From Octopus vulgaris (Eukaryota), in the NCBI GenBank assembly GCA_951406725.2, contig OX597824.1, positions 99,820,001-99,884,000 of the forward strand: DNA of 64,000 nt. Direction: 5' to 3'. The position numbers and the translations under genes were made by a program. Under the pieces are notes generated by a model, which searched no databases, was not told the origin of the DNA, and saw only the letters and a list, made by a program, of their open reading frames with translations. Shown one piece after another: positions 38,555 through 52,364 of the stretch (the stretch's first letter is position 1; every line of letters begins with the position of its first letter).

Positions 38555-41500
38555 CACCGAATTGATAGAAGACAGATTTCATGAGGTCAAGGTTCGAAAT
38601 TCACTGTCGAAATCCAAGGTTCGAAAATCGAATTGTACAAAAATGGAAATCCAGATTTTATGAAATCCAAAATTTTTGGAATGCTATTTTTTGAAAAACC
38701 AAATTTCTGTGAGGCCAATTTTTGGAGCAGGCCTTCTTACTAATGTGTAGTTGGACAAACATGAACAAACTTAGGTGGGGGAACTCCAGCTTTTTCAAGA
38801 TTCTTCACAGTGAATTTCTATTAGCCGTGTTACAACTTTCCATCACATCAAAGAAAACTTGGTAAAGGATAAATCTCTGTTCAATGCAGGATTCGTAGTG
38901 TCTGTACAAGAGCGAAGTCAAAAGTGAGGCTTTTGGATAATAACAAAGTGTAAGTATGTCAATAACTAATACAATATCAGTAAGGCGAATTTATTACTGC
39001 AGTTTGTCTAGTAATGATCTGCCCTTGGGCAGGTCCTGTGTATGTGAACCTTCTACAACACTCTCTATACCATGACTAAGCTTAGGATATATCCTAGAGT
39101 GGTTTCCTTTTGCCTTCACCATTAATGAGATGACATAAAAGTTACCACTGTTGTTATATTATCACTGTTATCATTGTCATCACAACTGTCCTTAGTATGA
39201 CATTAAACTACATATGGTGTTGAGGCGCCAGTTCGGGAGTTCTGGAGTTGTGGGAAACCTATAGTCACCCCTTAATTACCATTATTCCCAGATCTGTTCT
39301 GATCTGGAATAGTAGCATCTGTCAGTCTCCCACTTATGGATTAGATAGATTTTTGTAAGGGTAGATTAATACCCATTTCCATCATGCCCTAAGCCAACAT
39401 AGAGGAGTATTGCTGACGAAACTAACATGAGGTATGTCCAATAACATACGTTCATACTATGGAAGCAATTATCTCAACTAGATCCCATTCTCTGCTGCTC
39501 ATACTATTGTTGTTACCACTGTTACAAATACTGCTATTACTACTGTCCTGGCTATGATATTAAATTGCATTCAGTGTTTAGGTTTCAGTTTGGGTATTCT
39601 AGAGTTGTGGGGAGCATACAGTAACTCTTTAATTTCAATCATGCAATAGCCTCACCCACTTTCACTTACCTTGTGACTCATGGGACCACCTAGACATCTT
39701 ATCTCCTATCCTTCCCTTCACAGTTCCTCCTTGTTTTTTCTCTCTCTCCAACTAAATGTGGGCAACCATTCTTCAAGAACTGGCTCTGTACCCCCACTTC
39801 TCTCATCCCATAGCATAAAATCGGCTCCTACAACCCTCAGGGTTTGTAGTCTTGCATGTTGAATGGTGGACTTGATAGTGTTGGTGGCATGAAACAGTAC
39901 CCAGCACATGCTGTAAAGTCATCGGCCTTAGGAAGCGCATCCAGCTGTAGAAACAGACATTGGAGCATGATGCAGTTCTTGGACCTATTGTGTCCTGGCA
40001 TTTTCTCCAACCAATAAAGAAATTGAGCATGCATGTTTGATGATGATCTCTAATCCTTCATTTATTTCCAAACTGAACATTAATCCAAGGAAGATCAGCA
40101 TGATGATGATGATGATGATGATGATGACAGAATCTCACATCTGTCTTGTTCTTTTATTTTGTTCTATATTATATTCCTTTTGGTTCTCATTCTTCTTCAT
40201 AGTTTTCATAGCTTCATCACATTCACTTAATCTTTTCCCCTAAGCTCAATCTTCTGTCAGTGTCCTTTGTATCTAGTAAACTCCAGCCATTCATAATTAT
40301 GTACATTAAACATCTTTTCAAACTTGCACAGCTCTAATCTTTAATTATCTGCAAGATCATCAACTAAGACCACTACTACATATTCTACGATGTTTCAAGA
40401 CTATTCTAACTTCACAACCATACCTGTAGCTTTCAATCTTCCTTCTCACAATAAATGCTTTATTCTGCAAACAACTGGTCTTGTCGAGTCCTTCCATCAC
40501 ACCAATTCATTTTTTGGGTAAACCTACTCAGTAAATTACCAAAAGTAAAAATACATCTGCCAAGTGCAATTTTCAACAATATTGGCTGTGAACCGCTTGT
40601 GACATTTCTGTTACAGGCAGAATAAATCCATACAAGAATTGTCTTTTCTTCCAATCCACCACTTACCCAGCACTTTTACACGAAGACACCCAAAATGATG
40701 TTCCTCAATACATGAAAATATAAAATTAAAATGTCTTAGTATTAAATTAAATATAAATATGGATATGTCAATGTCTTAGAGATGTAGCAAGCATTTGGTG
40801 AACTGAGAATGGAAATACCAGTTTCTTAAATTGAAAGGGATTTACTATATGTTGTACACTTGTTTTCAGGGTTTCTGCTGCTACATATTTTCTATTTCTG
40901 ATACAGTTGTTTTCTGGACCATTGGTCCTGCAGGTAACAACACTCCAGCTGAGAGCATTCATCTTCCTTAAACTATACGGTACTGTGCAAAAGTCTCTGG
41001 CCACATTAAATTTTTCTAAATTTCTACTAATTGCTAACTTATAAGTAGATGTTTTGCACAGCATTTTTTACAGATGAAACATTGACCCTGCTGGAATCAC
41101 TTCCATACCCAATTATATTTTGTAGTAGGGTTCTGAATGACAGGGAAATAAGCGGGACAACCACCAAAAATGGCTGTGCAAAAGTAGTCAGTCACCTCAC
41201 ATAAACCAATCAAGATATAGGGAAATGTGTCTTTAAGGTTGGTGTTCTTGTGGAAATGGAATGTGTGTAGTGGTACTATATGTATAACCTTTGCAGGCGG
41301 GGGGTGGGGCATACACATCTGTGTTCATTAGTATGTTTTCTTTCGTGGGGCCTTATGTGTGCCTGCAGTGTGTGTAGGGTACAATATGTAAGGCAGCTTA
41401 TATTAGGGGTATGAATAAAAGTCTGGGTAGGTGTCTGCCTTGTTGGGGCATGTGTGTTTATTTATGGGTGTGTTAGTGTATGTTCTGATCAAACTCTTTG

Positions 41501-41571
41501 TGGAATTCCCAGGTATTGGTAGAGGGCTGAAGTTGGGAGACTAGTGGTTATAATCATGATGGGGCATGCAA

Positions 41572-42160
41572 CTATGATAGGATGTACTTCCTTTCATCTG
41601 GGCAAAGATTAAAAATTTCACTTCTGATATTCAGGTAAATGCCTGGGAGTTGGGTGCTCTTTATAATTGCTCTTTTCTCAGCTGAGCATAATCTGCACTT
41701 CCTACTGCTGTTGAAGTATACTTTACAGTTCTGCAGAATCTTCCATTTTATGCTGTATTCAGTGGTACTTTCTTTCAATAACCATATGTGCTTGGTCAGG
41801 GTTGTGGTGTAACATCTTTCCAGGATGTTGAAGGAGGAATTATGGTTGTTATAGTGGGTTTTGAAGCGCTCTTCAGTTGTTTCCATGTTCTTTCACATGT
41901 TTGGTTTCCCATTTGGTCTTATCTCTGTCTCATATACAACAATCTCTATTTTACAATGGCCATTCAGTGGATATGTTGTTCTTATTCCTACATGAGTATC
42001 CTGCCTCTATCTCAGGTGTGGGCCTACCTACTAAAATCTTTTTTACATTGGGTGCACAGCTAAAGGAAATTTTTTGGGTATGCCTATTAAATATTTTGCT
42101 AAACCTTTTTGTATGGGGGGAAGTGCTTATCTATTAAGCTAAACAAAATCTTACCAATCT
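41572..42160 (-). mobile_element. Penelope-like element, GIY-YIG endonuclease region
   Basis: ERFKTHYNNH...TTLTKHIW...IKWKIL...CRLCSAEK...LNIRSE is typical of PLE endonuclease C-termini; upstream KIGKILFSLIDKHFP. Confidence 0.85.
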
Positions 42161-42923
42161 TCAAAGTGTTTCTTCCATCTGGCATTGACAGCAACATTAG
42201 ATTTAAAGGTGGTGATATCATCACTTTTGAGAGGAGCCTGATCATGCATTGAAGAATCAAAGAAGGCATTTCCTTTGTTGTTGAGTTATTGAAGCTGTTC
42301 ATAATTTTCATCAAACCATTTTTGATGTCCCCTGGTCTTGAAACCAAGTGTTTCTTTGCAGGTGGTGATGATGGAATTTTTTGGTTGGTTTTGAGCAGAT
42401 ATTCTTGGGGATTTTGCTGGAATCATTTAGCATCCTGAAATTTTTGAACATTAAATTTCTTGCTGCTGTTCTGATTTTGGTGTTTCCTTTTTTGTGGAAT
42501 CTTCATTTTCATGGTGGAGGAGATGAGATAATGGTCTGTTCAACATTCATTTGCACATGTGACAGCTTGGGTTTTCAGCATATCTTAATGGTCACAGAAT
42601 CTTATAATGATACAGTGAATCAAATGCAACATAAGCTTAATTTTCCTCTTGTTTTGAACATTAAATTTCTTGCTGTAGGAAGGAGAAAATGCTACACACC
42701 AAAAAGGAGCAAACATGAATGAAAGAAAGGAAGCAAGGGAGAATTAAAGAGGAGGATTTTCATAAACCCAGACATCTGAATCAGTGAGCTTAGTATCAAC
42801 CGATCTTTCATTAAAGAGTTGGAAGCAAAATGAGAATCTGAACTAGGGACATGATCTCAGAATGTAAACAAAATTAAGAATAGGTAAATAATTCCTAAGA
42901 ATACAAAAAGCCTTGATGACATC

Positions 42924-43344
42924 CAGAGCCGGATTAAAGACCCATAGAGGTCCTATGTGTTTAAAAGATTTTGGTGCCCCCATATATATGGAATTCAAAA
43001 TATAAATAATAATAAACATAGTATAAATTTTCATTTTTCAAAATGAATTAAAACTAACAGTAAGAAGGAAAATAATGTTTATTTTTGTCTACTTCCACTT
43101 TATTTAGATTTGAAAAGTTTTTTCCCACTTTTTTTAATTGCAGTCTTTGATCAAATTCTCAAAACTAATCTCACGTAACACATCTGCTTCTATACTTAGT
43201 AGAGATAAGGCATCCCGAATATTATTTTAGCAAGTTTAAAGTGATTACTTTGTACCATAAACCATTTACCAGTTCTGTGGTGCCCTCTCCTTCTCTTGAG
43301 TCCTAAGCATGTGCTCATTTTGCTTAATGGTTAATCCAGTGCTG
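42924..43344 (-). mobile_element. Non-autonomous hAT DNA transposon (internal deletion derivative)
   Basis: Perfect 8-bp TSD ATGACATC (42916-42923 and 43345-43352); TIRs CAGAGCCGGATTAA and TTAATCCAGTGCTG; minus-strand remnant DALSLLSIEADVLREISFENLIKD of the hAT dimerisation domain. Confidence 0.88.
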
Positions 43345-43779
43345 ATGACATCTCTGGCTAATTGATTGAGCTTTCATACCTTAAAAAGAGAGATGTGTTC
43401 TTCAAAAGTGTGCTTGGAAATTGGAATTCTAAGACAATCCATACTGAGTGGGAGGAACCATGATGGAGAGAATAATTTGGTGATCCAAATCATTTGCTTC
43501 AAAACTAATTTCTTCAATCAACTTTGCTGTTGTATGCAGCTTGTCTGGGGATTTCCCTAAGCAAGTATCAACAAGCAAGCACATAGGAAATTGAAATTAG
43601 CTATATTATCAATATGCAGTGCAGGACCAAGTGGATTATCCTGTTGATTTCCCAAGACAGGAAAAACGAGCTAGTAAATATACTCAGCAAAATGCTTGAG
43701 CTCTTTATTTTGTTTATATATTTAATGATTTCTTTTTTCCTTAGCTTATTTTTAGAGTAATTTTTTTAAAACTGTTTAT

Positions 43780-44520
43780 TTTCGAAATCTCTGTACTCTT
43801 TCGATAAACTGAGTAATATGGACCTTCACAGTTAATGCCCAATAGTCAAAAATCCTGTCGATAAAATGTATCGTTCTCGATAATTAAAATGCTGGGTATT
43901 TTTTCATTACTAATTGTAATATAGTAAAAATGTTCCCTAAAAGGGCGCGGAATTAAATGTTTTGAATAAAAAATATCACTAGAGAAGGGAACAACTACTC
44001 AGTTTCTGGTAATTTACTTCCCTCGTGAGGTAGCGAATGCTATTTCGACCGCCTGCCAATCGAAGTTTAGACCTGACCTACAAGGTGAATGTAAATAATA
44101 CAAAATTACCAAATGACGAAATATAGGAAAATAACAACAACGAGCCAGATGGGTGTAAGAGACGAAGGAAGAGAGAGGGAGGGGAAAAGAGAAAGATAGA
44201 GAGAGAGAAGGAGAGAGAGGAAGGGAAAAGAGAAAGATAGAGAGACAGAGCGGGAGAGGGAGTGAAAGAGTAATAGCAAAAACAAAAAAAGAAATTGTTG
44301 TGTTGTGATAAAATTAGATTCGTTTCCACGTAAGAGAAAGAAAATTCTGCAATAAATTAAGTAGAAAAGCAGTTTTGCAGTCATTATTAAGCCTAATTAA
44401 CGAATCATTTTACTGGACATTGTATTTTAGCCGAAACATATTGTTTTGTTGGTTCCGGTTATTTGAACTTTCTACAATTTTCTCGTATTTTAATCTTTTC
44501 CAGAGAAGTTGGTAAGTTTT
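43780..44520. promoter_or_regulatory. Candidate promoter and first-exon region between the divergent globin and RhoGEF genes
   Basis: Locally CpG-retaining and TE-poor; GCCAATCG (CCAAT box) at about 44055; GA-rich tract; + strand donors at 44085 and 44512 and a - strand donor at 44017. Inference only. Confidence 0.4.
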
Positions 44521-44679
44521 TCTCTCTCTTATTTTTCTAACTTTTACTTTATGTCACAACCTTAATTAGCCAAAACTGTTAATTCTATTTACAGTAATTA
44601 ATTCTATTGCTCTTTTTCTTTCTTTCTCTCTCATTATCCACTTTTTTCTTTCCTTTATAAATAAATAAACAATGACAAT

Positions 44680-44812
44680 AAACGATTTCAAATTTTGGCA
44701 TCAGCATTTTTTGAGGGGATGGGCAAATATCGATTCCGGTACTTGACTGCTACTTAATTATTGACCCCGAAAGGGTGAAAAGTATAGTCGACTTCGGCGG
44801 AATTTGAACTCA
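44680..44812 (-). mobile_element. Partial SINE, same family as 53640-53856
   Basis: Minus strand GAGTTCAAATTCCGCCGAAGTCGAC...TTTCACCCTTTCGGGGTCAATAATTAAGT. Confidence 0.75.
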
Positions 44813-46840
44813 CAATAATATTTTTACTGTAATAATATAATGCGATTATTCGGGTTAGATTCCAGTTGAACTTTGACGGCGAATAATTTAAAATAAACAT
44901 TTATTTACACAAAAGGAAATTATCGGAGAAGTTTCATCTAATTCTTCCAAATCTTTCTGTTTAAACTGTATTGAAACCATTTGTGGGATTTTTCTTTTAT
45001 CACAGCAATTTCTTTCAAATATCAAACTTACTGTTTGAAAATTTGATTTTATGTTTTATAATTATTAATTTTATAATTAACGAAACACTTTACCTTGGAC
45101 ATGATAATAACAATTACCATTAAAACCGTCTTACATGCTGTAATTAACAATATTAATGTTTTATTAATAAACAAATGCGTGTTTCAAGTTTAAACCTGCT
45201 GATACGACAGGAAACTACTCAACCTGGGTGTTACTCGCTTGATGGGCAGCTTGTTTTTTGTTCCTGACTGAAAGATTTATATAAATAATTAAATTACAAT
45301 TAAACAATGTCTGTATCCCAAATAAATCTAACGAATTTCAACTTTTTATTCTCGAACAATCCTTTATGATATTGTTACTGGTGTGCTGGTGATGTTAAGA
45401 CCTCGATATTTTTATATCATCCGTGGCCCCACACAATGTAAATGTAATTCAAGCAATAGAGGCAAACAAATCCATGCCCGAAAGGTAAATATGTAAGATC
45501 TTGTACAAGATGGTTTAATTCTGAAAACTGACGATCGATAAGAAAACTTGGCCTTCCTCCAGTTTTGTGTCAATATTACAACATTGGAATAAATAACAAA
45601 AAACTCGTTTGCATGGAATCAAGTACCCTGACCTCCCAATATGTTGCAAATCCCTTATTTTGGTTTGGAATAAAAGGTCGGCGCCGATGGGTATACCCCT
45701 CGGCGCCTTAATAACGAACCATGTATTTCACACTGGAAAATTTATTTCTGTAAAATGTTTTTTTTTTCTTAAATACACAAGATATAGTCTATAAATTTAG
45801 GATGTTTTTGAAAGATACTATATTTTATCATCAGAATATATATACTTTATCACACAACAATTAAGATATATTTATTTTAAATCATTCATCTTTCTCCCCC
45901 ACCCCAGAAATTAGTTTGGGCGCGATTATTTAAAATTTTTATGAGGGTGGGGGTGAAATTTCAGAGACCTCCACCTCACCCCACCCCACCCCGTTTTTCG
46001 GACCCCCCAAAAGGGTTTTGGGCGAAACTATGCCGGGTTGGTGTAGCATATTATAGGGGGTCACTGGAATTCATTCAACGAAAAAAAAAAAAATTCCCAA
46101 TGATTCCGGGATGGGAGGGGGTTTCCGAACCAAAATAAAAGATTTGCAGCATTTTAGGAGGTCAGGAACTTGATTCCACGAAAAAAAAAAAAAAAAACAA
46201 CAAATCGAGTTTTTTTTCTTTTCTTAGTGAAAATCGTGCGGGTGTTAATCTAAAAATTTACCAAATATTTAATCGAAATATAAAAATGTAGGGGTATATT
46301 CCTGTTACTGTGGGTTTGATAATGAAATCAAAACAAGCCAAGAAATTATAAAAATACACTCGGGTGTCCCGAGCAAGCGAAACGAACCGCAAAATTAAGA
46401 ATAAAGTTACACAAATTAATACACTACACTACATACATTCCTCAGAGTCCCGGTGCAAAGACTTCAAGTTACCCCCATTTCGAATTATCTCCCTGTAATC
46501 TTAAATCGATTTCAAATTACTTCTGCACTGTTCACATTACTTCCCTTACACACACACACACATAAAAACATACAAACACGAATATGCAGAATAGATACAT
46601 ACAAACGTACACACATATATACATGCATACACGCACTTACATGCATACATACATGTGTATGCGCACACATGTGCACAAACAAACAAGAACGCAGCTCGGA
46701 TTTGCAAAGGTTGCAAGACATACCAAAAATTTTAGGATAAAATAAATAAGTAAATGAGTGGAAACTTACCAGTGAGTGTGCTAAAAAAGTGAGGCACTAA
46801 AAAAAATGACTCTCCCCAGACAACAAAAGACAAAACTCCT

Positions 46841-47169
46841 TGGATGTGAAGGAGGAAAAAGACAGATGCAAAGAGAGAACTGTGGTAGTCTTACCTGTCG
46901 GTCTGGAAAAGGGTCGCTTTCAATGTCCACGTGCTCTGTCTCCATCTGCAAGATTCACTCAATGTCCATGTGAGCTATCTGTCACTGTACAGTCTAACAT
47001 GTCTGCTCTGATGCACTGTTCACTGTCAACTGACTCCTCGTGCCTGGCTGACCCTGCATGCCCACCGCGGCCCTTCTGGTAGGATCCACAGGCACCACTT
47101 CCGACAGGATATGCCTACTCCCTCACTTTCGATCCTTCCCTACAACACAGCCTGGCTCATAACACCACA
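46841..47169 (-). repeat. 3' LTR of the Gypsy element
   Basis: TG...CA termini; alignable over its whole length to 55599-55911. Confidence 0.9.
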
Positions 47170-47666
47170 CACCCTCCCCCCAGATCTGAAGATCATTCAA
47201 CCAACCAAACTGCCCACACCCTCTCCTCAACCCTGACCACACACCTTAACTTGTCTCGCAACCAGTAAGGAGGGCACTGCTCTCTGTGTGACCCCCGTGT
47301 AACTTCCGGACTGGCCTCAGTTTCTGGCATGTTGCTGCTGGTTTCATCCTCTTGTCCATTACTGTTGGCCCCATCCTCTGTCGCAGTGATGATCCTGCAC
47401 ACATCCAAAACATGTCAGGGCATGCCATCTATGGACACATTGTTCCTCGAATTTACTGTGATGTGCACTGCGCATTTGGGAGTTTAACCCAGACTTCTTT
47501 CCTGACCTGTACAAAGGCATGCTCTATCTCTTCTGTGGGATGTGATGATGCAGTACATGAATGTCTCCACTTGTACTTGAATATTGCCCTGTGTGGCACT
47601 GACTCATCAGCCTGTCCTGTCCTAGGCGACATATACATGTCACTTGTCTTGCATTTCTCCCAGTAC

Positions 47667-50600
47667 ATCATCATCATCATTGTTTAGTGTCCGTTTTCCG
47701 TGCTAGCACAGGTTGGACGGTTCAACTGGGGTCTGGGAAGCCAGGAGGCTGTACCAGGCTCCAGTCTAATCTGACAGTGTTTCTACAGCTGGATGCCCTT
47801 CCTAACGCCAACCACTCCGTGAGTGTAGTGGGTGCTTTTTACGTGCCACCAGCACAGGTGCCAGGGGAGGCTGGCAGCAGCCACAATCGGATGGTGCTTT
47901 TTACGTGCCACTGGCACGGAAGCCAGTCAAGGCAGAGCTGGCATCGGCCACGTTCGGATGGTGCTTTTTACGTGCCACCAGCACAGGTATCACAACTACT
48001 ATTTCCATTTGATATTTCGATGTTCATGTACTTGACTCAATAGGTCTCCTCAAGCACAGCAGGTCATTCTGCAATCCAAGGTACTTTGAATGGGCTGGGG
48101 CTATGCGAAACTGGTGCAGGAAACAGCCCTGGTCTTTGCAGTCACAGCATATCTCCAGAGATCTCGGTCCTTCATCATTGTCTCTGTGAGGCCCAACGCT
48201 CGGAGGTCATGCTTGACTACCTCGTCCCATGTCTTCCTGGGTCTACCTGTCCCCCTGATACCTTCAACAGTTTGGGAGCGACACTTCTTCACACATCTCT
48301 CCTCATCCATCTGCAGTACATGACCATACCATCGCAAGCATCTCTCTTGCACACCACATCTGATGCTTCTTATGTCCAGCATTTCTCTCAGGGTGCTTAC
48401 ACTCTGTCATGCGTGCACACTGACATTACACATCCAGCGGATCATGTTAGCTTCATTTCTTTCAAGTCTATGCATGTCCTCTGCAGTCACAGCCCAGTTT
48501 TCACTACCGTGAAGCATGGCGGTTTGCATACATGCATCATACAATCTACCTTTCACTCTGAGTGGAGACCCTTTGTCGCCAGTAGGGGTAGGAGCTTTCT
48601 AAACTTTGCCCAGGCTATTCGTATTCTAGTGGTGACACTCTCTGAGCATCCACCTCCACTACTAACTTGGTCACCTAGGTAGCGGAAACTATCAACTACT
48701 TCTAGTTTCTCCCCTGGAGTGTGAGGGAATCTGTTTTCTGAGTATCTGTGGTATCTATTGTCCCTGTGCATCTGCCGCACATGAAAGCTATCTTATCAGT
48801 TAATTTCCCTTTGATGTTGCTGCACCTCTTATGCGTCCATAGCTTACACTGGGTACATCTTATGGAGTTTCTACCTACACCTTTCCTACAGATCGAGCAG
48901 GGCTACCTGCCCGAGGGGGTGTGTGATGAGTTCGCCTTTCTGCTTACTATAACTTTGGTCTTTGCTACATTTACTCTAAGGCCCTTTGATTCTAAACCTT
49001 GCTTCCACACCTGAAATTTCTTTTCTAGTTCCGGTAGTGATTCTGCTATGAGGGCCAGGTTATCAGCATAGAGAAGCTCCCAGGGGCAACCTGTTTTGAA
49101 TTCCTCTGTTATTGCCTGGAGGACTATGATGAATAAAAAGGGACTGAGGGCTGAACCTTGGTGGACACCTACTTCTACCTGGAATTCTTCACTATACTCA
49201 CTGCCAATCCTAACCTTGCTGACAGCCTCTCTGTATAGGGCCTGTACAGCCCTTATTAGCCATTCGTCAATCTCCAGTTTCCGCATTGACCACCAGATAA
49301 GGGATCGGGGGACTCTGTCAAAGGCTTTCTCCAAGTCCACGAAAGCTGTGTAGAGGGGTTTATCTTTAGCTAGGTATTTCTCCTGCAGTTGTCGAACCAG
49401 GAATATGGCATCAGTAGTGCTTCTACCCAGCACAAAACCGAACTGCATCTCATCTAAGCAAACTCTCTCCCGAATGAGATGGGTTATGACCCTCTCTGTG
49501 ACCTTCATCACCTGATCCAACAGTTTAATACCCCTGTAGTTATTTCTATCTAGAGCATCACCTTTACCCTTGCAGCAGTTGACTATGGTGCTGCTACGCC
49601 AGTCATTGGGTATGACTCCATTATGAACTACCTGGTTTACAATGCGGGTGACTAGGACATAGCCCACACCACCAGATGTTTTAAGCATCTCAGCAGTGAT
49701 TCCTGATGGGCCGGGGGCTTTACCTGGTTTCATACCCTTAATTGCCTTAACTACTAGGGAGCTGTCTATTCAGATAGCTGGTCCCTCTACTGGGTCAACA
49801 TTTGGCAGGCCCTCTTCCTCCCATTCATTCTCCACATTCAGCAGTCTCTCATAATGGCTTCTCCAAGCCTTTTTCTTTTTAGAAACATTGAAAGCAAGTG
49901 CACCATCATCCATGCGGACGCATTTCTCTCCTGTGACATCACTATTTTCTCTCACACACTGTCCAGCAATCCGAAATACCTCAGTTCTTTGGTCCTCACG
50001 TCGCTGGGTATTGGCAAACTTCTTTTCTGCTTCATCTTTGGCTATGTATACCTGCTGCCCAGCCTCCCTTTTGGCTACCTGGTACAGTTCCATGCTACCC
50101 CCATCCCTCCAGGCTTTACAGGCCTGTTTCTTTGCTCTAATAGCTTTATCTACTGTACTATTCCACCACCACGTAACTCTAGGTCTGGAAGCGACTTTGC
50201 ACCATCCGCAGACTTGGTCTGTGGCACTCAGCAAGCTGTCCTGTAGGAATTTCCAGCTACCTTCTATGTTCGACGTCTGTAGCTCCTCCTCCCTCTCATC
50301 AAATTTCTTGATGAGGATGTCCCTAAATCTCTGACCATGTGAAGGGTTCTTTAGCTTCCAAATCCTTCTTTTCTGGATTGGTCTGTTTCTTGGTATCCTG
50401 GCCTCAAGCCTAAAGTCACTAATGATTATCCTATGCTGAGGGGTACATTCTTCACCCGGGTGGGTCTTTGTATTTAAGAGCAATCCTGCATCCTGCTGTC
50501 TATTTGGCTAGCGGATTCCTCTGACTGATAGGTTATGAGGTGGCAGTCTGGCTTCCTGAAGTTAGTGTTGCAGATTAAAAGGTTACATGCATCATAGAAA

Positions 50601-52364
50601 TCCAGTGGTCTAGTTCCCTTATCATTTCTGGTGCCAATACTATAGCCACTATGTACCCCAGTGAAGATACCCGATTCCTGCCCAACATGCCCATTAAAGT
50701 CTCCAGCCACAAAGATGAGGTCTTGCCACCCGTCTTTGAGGTAGCCTGTAGAAGGGTATCATAAAAGTGGTCCTTCTGATCATTTGGTAGCCCAACATGT
50801 GGAGCATAGGCAGAGATAATCGTAGCTGTGCTGTTCTGTAGGACTAACCTGAGCTTGAGCACTCTATCGCAAACCCTGACAACCTCTATGACCTTATCCA
50901 CCCATTTCTCCACAAGGAGAATGCCTACACCCCCTACACCATCCATGTTACCTTGCCAGAAGACTTTATATCTATGTGCCTTGCCCGTGAGGACCCTAGC
51001 TGAAGCACCTCTCCATCTTACCTCTTGTATGCAGTATACATCAACCTGTCTTCTTTCAAGCATTTCTACAATCTCACTAGATCTATCTTTCAGTGTACCA
51101 ACATTGACAGTGCCAACTCTGAAAACTGGGAAGGTAATGTGGGGTGAGGTTTGAGGAGGAGGAGGGATGCAATTCAGCGCCTGAAAAGAAGAGGGTTGTT
51201 GTGGTGATCGTTTTTTAGGCATTTTTCATCTGTTCTCTCTTCCGACCTGACAACATTCAAGCATTTAGGCATGTTAAAGTTGTGGTCCCTGCTGTAGGCA
51301 GGAGCTGGTGTTAGCAGCGTTGTAAGCATAAGCATTAAGGTCATTGATGATGTAGATGTAAGTTGTGTGGCAGAAATACTGATATTCCAGGTGTTAGTAA
51401 CATTCTAAGCAAGCATTATAGTCATTGAGTGACTTAGTTTTAAGCAGCGTAGCAGAGACATGGATATTCCAGTGTTGGGTGGGGGGTTCAGCTGAAAACT
51501 GGTTGCATTGCGGCGGGGAAGGGTTCCGGCAGAGAGAAGAGAGATAGAGAGAGGGAGAGAAAGTGGGGGAAGAATGGAGGAGAGAGAGTGCAGGTAATAT
51601 AGGGAACAGCACCAGTGAAGAGGGCGAGTTAGGAGAAGCGATAACAGGTAGGGGTGGTGGCAGCTTCTAGACAATGAAACGTAGGATATCATGAGTGAGG
51701 GAGGAGACTGGAAAAGGAGATAACCGGTTGAGGTGGTGACAGATTTCAAAACGGAAAGAAACGTAAGATAACTGGTTAAGTGGGACGGTTGATGAGCAGC
51801 TGCGCTAGCTGCATCCGTCATAGGGAAGAGAATCAAGGGTAATACATAGTGAGTACATAGTGAAATAGCATATTGAGGAGGAGGGGTTGGAAGAATAGAC
51901 ACATGTAATGGTGGTGGGAGAAGGGATATCCGGTGTAGATGGTGTAAATATAGAGATATCCAGTATTGGTGGTGGGGGTGGGAAAGGGCTGGCACACCGT
52001 GAATGGCGAAGTTTTGATTCGGAACAGAGCGGGAGATACATGGAACTAGGAATGAGAAGAATTAAGCAATCGGGGTTTGATAGGGGACAGTACAAATTAT
52101 GGGAAATAAGAATGTGAACTGAACGAGGAGGAACGAATAATAGAGAAACGAACAAATTATCATCATACAGAGACGAATAATTATCATAATAAGCTTTACG
52201 AGATAGGACTAAAATGAAAAAATTATATTTGGGGGGACAATATCAACAGTTAGCTCATGAAAAAACAAACAGTTAGTAAATAGATAATACATTTTAAGTG
52301 TTAGTGGCGAATGTAGTACAAGGAGTCGAAAGAAATGAAATGAGTAATTCTTAGCTCGCTTTGG
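47667..52364 (-). mobile_element. Full-length RTE-clade LINE (about 4.7 kb) nested in the Gypsy integrase
   Basis: About 1.1-kb 5' leader; APE (VGTVNVG, CIQEVRW, GDFNGHVG, PQHR); RT (KAPGPSG, NYRGI, DLEKAFD, HQGS, YADN); PHD-like Cys cluster; (ATG)n tail. The integrase frame DNGTVFRSE|VLGEM rejoins across it with only AC shared. Confidence 0.93.

Noticed and set aside
40460-41318. Cluster of minus-strand ORFs in unique-looking sequence
   Set aside because: No recognisable domain and the frames do not join. It could be a non-coding globin 5' exon (acceptor near 41134, donor near 40666), but this cannot be supported from sequence alone.
45620-46480. CpG-rich, poly-A/poly-G segment as a DNA transposon
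   Set aside because: It looks repeat-like, but I could not define TIRs or a TSD.
51394-52155. Pro/Leu/Ser-rich ORFs as a LINE ORF1
   Set aside because: Pyrimidine-rich 5' leader with compositional ORFs only; no ORF1 motifs recognised.
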